Shown piece by piece: positions 58,971 to 64,000 of a DNA stretch of 64,000 bases (position 1 is the first letter of the stretch; each line of letters begins with the position of its first letter). The DNA comes from an uncultured Spirochaetota bacterium. Its GTDB lineage: Bacteria > Spirochaetota > Spirochaetia > SZUA-6 > Fen-1364. The notes under the pieces were generated by a model that saw only the letters and a list, made by a program, of their open reading frames with translations, was not told where the DNA came from and did no database searches. The stretch covers positions 288,001-352,000 of the forward strand of contig CAWAHW010000004.1 in assembly GCA_963781885.1 (NCBI GenBank). The letters run 5' to 3'. Position numbers and translations under genes: made by a program.

Positions 58971-59818
58971 ATGTCGATGCGCCCTGACGCTTCAGATACG
59001 CAGGACCTCGTAATGGAAGCCGCTTCCATCATCCGGGCGGCGCGGTACCTCACTGCCTTCACAGGCGCGGGCATATCGGTCGAAAGCGGCATCCCGCCCT
59101 TCCGTGGTCCCGGCGGGCTCTGGGGCAAGTACGATCCGCGCACGCTGGAGCTGAGCTATTTCCTGGCAAATCCCGCAAGGGCGTGGCCCACGATCAAAGA
59201 GATATTCTACGACAACTTCGGCAAGGCGAAACCAAACCCTGCCCACATCGTGCTCGCGCGGCTTGAAGTCGAGGGGTGGGTGCGTGGGAAAGGCGGCGTG
59301 GGTGCCCCTGACGACAGCGGCAGTCGCGGCACCTCACCGGTGACGATCCCAACCGCGGCCGACTGAAGGCCCTCATTACGCAGAACATCGACAACCTGCA
59401 TGTACTGGCCGGGAGCAGGGACGTCATCGAGTTCCATGGCAACTCCGCGAAGCTCCTCTGCCTCTCCTGCGGCGCGCGCGTAGCGGTTACCCCTGCCCTG
59501 CTGCGGAGTCTGCCGCCCCGTTGCGATTGCGGGGGCATCTACAAGCCCGACTTCATCTTCTTCGGTGAGGGAATCACACCGGACGCCCGCGCGCGCGCGC
59601 ACGACGCGGCCCGGCAGAGCGACGTCATGCTCGTCGTGGGCTCTACCGGCGAGGTCTACCCCGCGGCAATGGTTCCGCGATGGGCCGCGGAGGCGGGTGC
59701 AAAGATCATCGAGATAAACCCGGACGCGTCGGAGTTCACCGGTTCCGTGACGACCCTTCACATTCCCCTCCCTGCCGGGGAGGCATTCTCCCTGATCGAA
59801 AAGGAGCTCTTCCCATGA
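58971..59818 (+). CDS. cobB: Sir2/CobB NAD-dependent deacylase; internal insertion plus frameshift at about 59277-59359
   Basis: TGAGISVESGIPPFRG, PNPAH; ITQNID, FHG, CxxC..CxC, FFGE, VVGST...PAA, EINP in the next frame. Confidence 0.85.
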
Positions 59819-60840
59819 AAATCTACGACCTGCGCAGCGACACCGTGACAAAACCCAGCCCGGGCATGCGAAAGGCAATGGCAGAGGCGGAGGTCGGCGA
59901 CGACGTGTACGGGGAAGACCCGACGGTGAATCGTCTGCAGGAAATGGCGGCGAAGCTCACGGGCAAGGAGGCGGCGCTCTACGTCTCAACGGGATCGATG
60001 GGAAATCTCATCCCGATCTACCTCAACTGCGGCGCGGGCAATGAGCTGCTCATCGAGGCACGCGGACACAGCGTGCAGCACGAGCTGGCCGGCGTGTCGG
60101 CGCTTGCCGGCAGCCTTCCCATCATGATCGCGGCGCCCCATGGGATCCTTACGCCGGAGCTCCTCCTGCCCTGGATACAGCCGGACGCCTACGATCACGC
60201 GCGCACCCGGATGATCGTCCTGGAGAACACGCATAACGCGGCCGGCGGCACGGTGTACCCGCTTGCGGCTCTGCGGGAGATCGGCGCATTCGCGCGGAAG
60301 CGGAACCTCGCGGTCCACATCGACGGCGCGCGCCTTTTCAACGCGGTCACGGCGTCCGGCGTCGATGCGCCCGCCATTTGCCGCGAAGCCGACACGGTGA
60401 CGTTCTGCCTGTCAAAAGGCCTCGGAGCGCCCGTGGGCTCGCTCCTCTGCGGCACGCGCGCGTTCATTGCGGAGGCGCGGCGCGTGCGCAAGATGCTGGG
60501 CGGCGGCACCCGCCAGGCGGGCATCATCGCGGCGGCAGGCATCTACGCGCTGGAGCACAATATCGAGCGGCTGGCGGAGGACCACCAGAATGCGCGCCTG
60601 ATCGCGCGCGCGCTGGCGGCAACATCGTGGGCGGAGCTCGATCCGAACGACGTGGTGACGAACATCCTGTACTTCCGCACGCGTGACCGCAAGGCAGCCG
60701 ACGTCGTGAAGTCGCTCGCGCGCCAGGGCATCCTTTGCTGGGATTTGGGCGTCGACCAGGTGAGATTCGTGACACACCTCGACCTGTCCGCCGAGGACGC
60801 ACGGGAAGTGGCGGTGATCGTCGAAAAGATGAAGATGTAG
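59815..60840 (+). CDS. ltaE: Low-specificity L-threonine aldolase
   Basis: [42 protein letters not shown]. Confidence 0.93.
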   Translation: MKIYDLRSDTVTKPSPGMRKAMAEAEVGDDVYGEDPTVNRLQEMAAKLTGKEAALYVSTGSMGNLIPIYLNCGAGNELLIEARGHSVQHELAGVSALAGSLPIMIAAPHGILTPELLLPWIQPDAYDHARTRMIVLENTHNAAGGTVYPLAALREIGAFARKRNLAVHIDGARLFNAVTASGVDAPAICREADTVTFCLSKGLGAPVGSLLCGTRAFIAEARRVRKMLGGGTRQAGIIAAAGIYALEHNIERLAEDHQNARLIARALAATSWAELDPNDVVTNILYFRTRDRKAADVVKSLARQGILCWDLGVDQVRFVTHLDLSAEDAREVAVIVEKMKM

Positions 60841-60886
60841 AGCCGCCCGACGCGGTTGCGAAGCTGCGGCTCACGGAGGAATCATC

Positions 60887-61291
60887 ATGAGATGCCGACT
60901 GGCGCTCCTTGCCCTGACGCTCATGCCCCTGGCAGCGGGAATCGTGAAGGCGCAGGACACCGCGCCCACGCGCGACTACGCGGACCCTGAGCAGCTCGCC
61001 GTGCTGATCTCGGGGCAACTGGAACCCTACAACCTCGTGGACGTGCGTTCTGGCGATGAGTATACCGCCTCACACATCCCCACGGCGGTCAACATTCCCT
61101 GGGATCAGATCGCCGACACTCCCCCGACTGCCGACCGGTCCGCGCTGATCGTCGTCTACTGCGCCTCCGGCAGCCGTTCGTCGAAGGCTGCCGCGGCACT
61201 TCGGGCCTTGGGCTACACGCGCGTGGTGGATTTCGGTGCGGTGTCACGCTGGAAAGGGACACTGATCGGCTCACCCGACCCGCGCGACTGA
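60887..61291 (+). CDS. Exported single-domain rhodanese
   Basis: Signal peptide ...VKA/Q; VDVRS..EY..SHIP.A; YCASGSRS. Confidence 0.85.
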   Translation: MRCRLALLALTLMPLAAGIVKAQDTAPTRDYADPEQLAVLISGQLEPYNLVDVRSGDEYTASHIPTAVNIPWDQIADTPPTADRSALIVVYCASGSRSSKAAAALRALGYTRVVDFGAVSRWKGTLIGSPDPRD

Positions 61292-61297
61292 TCGCGC

Positions 61298-61837
61298 TTA
61301 CAACCGGGCGATAATAAAGGGCGCGGCGGCGTTCACGACGAGCGTGAGCACGCAGCCAAGGGCGATGCCTGCCAGGACGTCCAGGACGTAGTGTATGCCA
61401 ATGGCGATGCGGGAGACGACCATGAAAGGGCTCCAGATCGCGATGGAGATGAAAGCCGCGACCGGCCCCAACTGCGAAGACAGGAGACAGAGCATCGCCG
61501 CGCGGGCGGCGTGACCTGAGGGAAATGAAAAGGGATCGGCCTTTCGGTAGATCGCACCCGACGTGCCCGGGGGTCTCTTCCGGCGAAAGATATTCTTGAC
61601 GATCACGACGACAATCTCGGCGAGCGCGAGCCCGCCTGCGGTGACCAGCGCGCGCGCCTTCCATGCGTTGTCACCCAGGAGCCACGCCGCGACAAGCAGG
61701 GCCGCCCAGACGTAGATGTCCCCCGAATGCGCGAGCCCCAGCGCGATGGCCTGTGCGGCGCCGCGCCGCGGGCGCAGGGTGAGCGGCGCCGTGAGTGCTT
61801 CATCCAGGGTCTGAATCCATCCCGCCTTGCCGCTCAC
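61298..61837 (-). CDS. PAP2-family membrane phosphatase
   Basis: K...RKRP, SFPSGH, SRI.IGIHY..DV. Confidence 0.9.
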   Translation of the reverse strand: MSGKAGWIQTLDEALTAPLTLRPRRGAAQAIALGLAHSGDIYVWAALLVAAWLLGDNAWKARALVTAGGLALAEIVVVIVKNIFRRKRPPGTSGAIYRKADPFSFPSGHAARAAMLCLLSSQLGPVAAFISIAIWSPFMVVSRIAIGIHYVLDVLAGIALGCVLTLVVNAAAPFIIARL

Positions 61838-61849
61838 CCTCCCCGACCC

Positions 61850-63667
61850 CTACATGCCGTACAGCGGCCCGAGCGCCGCACAGGCACGGTAGTCGGCTGA
61901 TTCGGATTCGGCGTCGCCGAAGGAGGCCCAATACTTCGGGCGGAAGACCGTTTCCGCCGGGACATTGTGCATGGCAACAGGAATGCGGAGGATCGCGGCG
62001 AGCGCAAGGATGTCCGCGCCCACGTGGCCGTAGCTTATCGCGCCGTGATTGGCGCCCCAATTGTTCATCACCGAGTAGACGTCGCGGAAGGCCCCCGCGC
62101 CCGTCACCCGCGGGACGAACCACGTCGTGGGCCAGGAAGGATCGGTGCGATCCATCAGAGTGCGGCCGACGTCGGCGGGAAGCTCCACGGTGGCGCCTTC
62201 CGCGACCTGGAGCACCGGCCCGATGCCGGCGACCATGTTGAGGCGCGTCATGGTCATGGGCATGCCGCCACGGGTCTCGAACTCGCTGGAGTATCCGCCC
62301 CCCCGGAAGTACTCGACGCTCGCCGGGCAGAAATGCGTGGCCTCCAGGCATGCCGCGGCTTCCTGCGGCGTGATGTCCCAGTACTGCTTCATGACGGGCT
62401 TTCCGTCGCGCGACTGGCGGCCGGTGCCGTCCAGGGTCGTGGAGCCGGAATTGATGAGATGGATGAAGCCGGCCTCCCCGGGGCCCGTGAGCTTCCTGCC
62501 CGTCACCCGCTTCACGGCGTCCGGGCTCCAGTAGGTGCGCACATCGGAGAAGATCTGCGCCGTGCCGGTCAGGAGGTGGCCGAAGAGCATGGAGATGGCG
62601 TTGAGGTAGTCATTCTCCGTGGCGCAGACGTACGCCTCGCGGATCCCGTTCCAGTCGAAGGAGGTGTTCAGGATCGTCTCCATGAAATCCCCGTTGGGCA
62701 TGAAGTCGGTCCACTGCCGCTGGCCCTGGAAGCCGGACGCGATGGCGTTATGGCCCAGCGCCTCCTCCTCGAAGCCATGCGCGGCCAGGCGGGGGTTTCC
62801 CACCATGAGGTCCCTGCCGATGAGGACCATCTTCACCACGAACTCCCAGTCCGCGTCCTTCTGCGCGCGCGTCCTCTGGTTCTTCGCCGCGTTCCGGTCA
62901 GGGCCCTCCGCGCAGTTCTGCTTCACCCAGGCCAGTGCGCGGGTGTATTCCTCCGGGTCGTAGATCTTTTCCTGCACACGGCGCGAGAGCTCGGACATGT
63001 CCACCATCTCAAAGCGCATGCCCAGCCAGCTCTCCAGGAAACGCGGGTCGACGATGGACCCCGCGATGCCCATCGACATGCCGCCCATGGCGAGGTAGGA
63101 CTTGCCGCGCATCTCGGCCGCCGCGAGGCCCGCACGCGCGAACTGGAGGATCTTTGCCTGCACGTCGCGGGGCACGGCGGCATCGTCGCTGTCCTGCACG
63201 TCGCGCCCGTAGATGCCGAATGCGGGCAGGCCCTTCTGCGCGTAGGCGGCGAGCACCGATGCAAGGTACACGGCGCCCGGTCGCTCCGTCCCGTTGAAGC
63301 CCCAGACGGCCTTCGGCGTGAGGGGATCCATGTCCATGGTCTCCGCGCCGTAGCACCAGCACGGCGTCACGCTGAGGGAGACGCCGACGCCGCTGCGCGC
63401 GAACTTCTCCGCCGTGCGCGCGGATTCCGCCACGCCGCCGATGCACGTGTCGGCGATCACGCACTCCACCGGCAGGCCGCAGGGGTGACGAAGATTCTTC
63501 CCGATCAGGTCGGCCACGGCCCGGGCCATCGCCATGGTCTTTCCCTCCAGCGATTCGCGGATGCCGCGGCGCCGCCCGTCGATGACGGGACGGATCCCGA
63601 TCTTCGGAAGGCTGCCGGAGAGCCGATAGGCCGGGGGCAGGGTTCTCATGCCGGAGGTGTTCGCCAT
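61850..63667 (-). CDS. fucI: L-fucose isomerase
   Basis: [45 protein letters not shown]. Confidence 0.96.
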   Translation of the reverse strand: MANTSGMRTLPPAYRLSGSLPKIGIRPVIDGRRRGIRESLEGKTMAMARAVADLIGKNLRHPCGLPVECVIADTCIGGVAESARTAEKFARSGVGVSLSVTPCWCYGAETMDMDPLTPKAVWGFNGTERPGAVYLASVLAAYAQKGLPAFGIYGRDVQDSDDAAVPRDVQAKILQFARAGLAAAEMRGKSYLAMGGMSMGIAGSIVDPRFLESWLGMRFEMVDMSELSRRVQEKIYDPEEYTRALAWVKQNCAEGPDRNAAKNQRTRAQKDADWEFVVKMVLIGRDLMVGNPRLAAHGFEEEALGHNAIASGFQGQRQWTDFMPNGDFMETILNTSFDWNGIREAYVCATENDYLNAISMLFGHLLTGTAQIFSDVRTYWSPDAVKRVTGRKLTGPGEAGFIHLINSGSTTLDGTGRQSRDGKPVMKQYWDITPQEAAACLEATHFCPASVEYFRGGGYSSEFETRGGMPMTMTRLNMVAGIGPVLQVAEGATVELPADVGRTLMDRTDPSWPTTWFVPRVTGAGAFRDVYSVMNNWGANHGAISYGHVGADILALAAILRIPVAMHNVPAETVFRPKYWASFGDAESESADYRACAALGPLYGM

Positions 63668-63692
63668 GGTGTTCTCCTTTGCGGCGCGCAGA

Positions 63693-64000
63693 CTAGGCAA
63701 AAAGCTTCGACTTCAAGAATACCGCTTCGGCTTCCCTTGTCCAGTACTGGCCGTCGAGGAGATGCGGGGCGATCTCGGGCAGCTCGCGTGCGAGCTCCTT
63801 GATGGTCCGCAGGCCGATGCCGTGGGCGAACGGGAAGATGACCACCTTGCCGGTGAAGGTGTTGTCCATCAGCGCCTTCATGCCCTTGGCCGCGGAGCCC
63901 ATGTCGCCGACGGCGGCGAGGGAATATGACGTGGAAAGGCCGCCGGACTCCGTGAGCGCAAGTGTGTCGCGCATGGCGGAAAGGGGGGAGCCCGACGAGC
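63693..64000 (-). CDS. C-terminal part of a zinc-binding dehydrogenase (sorbose-1-phosphate reductase-like); runs off the right edge
   Basis: SSGSPL...AAVG...F.GKVVIFP...W..EAE..L C-terminal pattern. Confidence 0.6.
   Translation of the reverse strand, partial: SSGSPLSAMRDTLALTESGGLSTSYSLAAVGDMGSAAKGMKALMDNTFTGKVVIFPFAHGIGLRTIKELARELPEIAPHLLDGQYWTREAEAVFLKSKLFA

Noticed and set aside
1-64000. CRISPR arrays, tRNA/rRNA, IS elements, prophage and defence genes
   Set aside because: No regularly spaced repeats, cloverleafs, transposase/integrase or nuclease motifs seen by eye; the WYL gene has no defence neighbours

Overview
GC-rich bacterial chromosomal segment with about 57 protein genes. I saw no rRNA, tRNA, CRISPR array, integrase or transposase. 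Gene content and style suggest a free-living anaerobe, possibly Spirochaetia, but that is inference only. Contents from left to right: a sugar ABC operon with LacI and malQ; TetR-, HxlR- and WYL-regulated detox genes, each with a visible operator; a sigma-54 signalling locus (PAS-LuxR, degenerate kinase, NtrC-type activator, sigma-54 promoter, cheW, MCP, PAS kinase); ABC exporters; a lower-GC orphan binding protein plus Cache hybrid kinase pair; a cluster of small proteins (emfourin-like, stand-alone MshEN) with a candidate sRNA; XRE plus acyl-CoA synthetase; ArsR plus a Cd/Zn ATPase; an LnrJKLMN-like ABC/two-component locus; a soluble CZB chemoreceptor; nucleoside hydrolase; GH43; a PadR-ABC operon; sirtuin; ltaE; fucI. 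At least 8 genes are broken by apparent single-base frameshifts, which are most simply explained as long-read indel errors. Best leads: (1) a ChpT-like pseudo-kinase coupled to a sigma-54 activator that sits just upstream of a sigma-54-promoted cheW-MCP-kinase unit; (2) the 34.2-35.7 kb small-protein/sRNA cluster; (3) a WYL regulator with a perfect palindromic operator facing an unannotated 68-aa gene. All product calls come from motif recognition by eye; no database searches were run.
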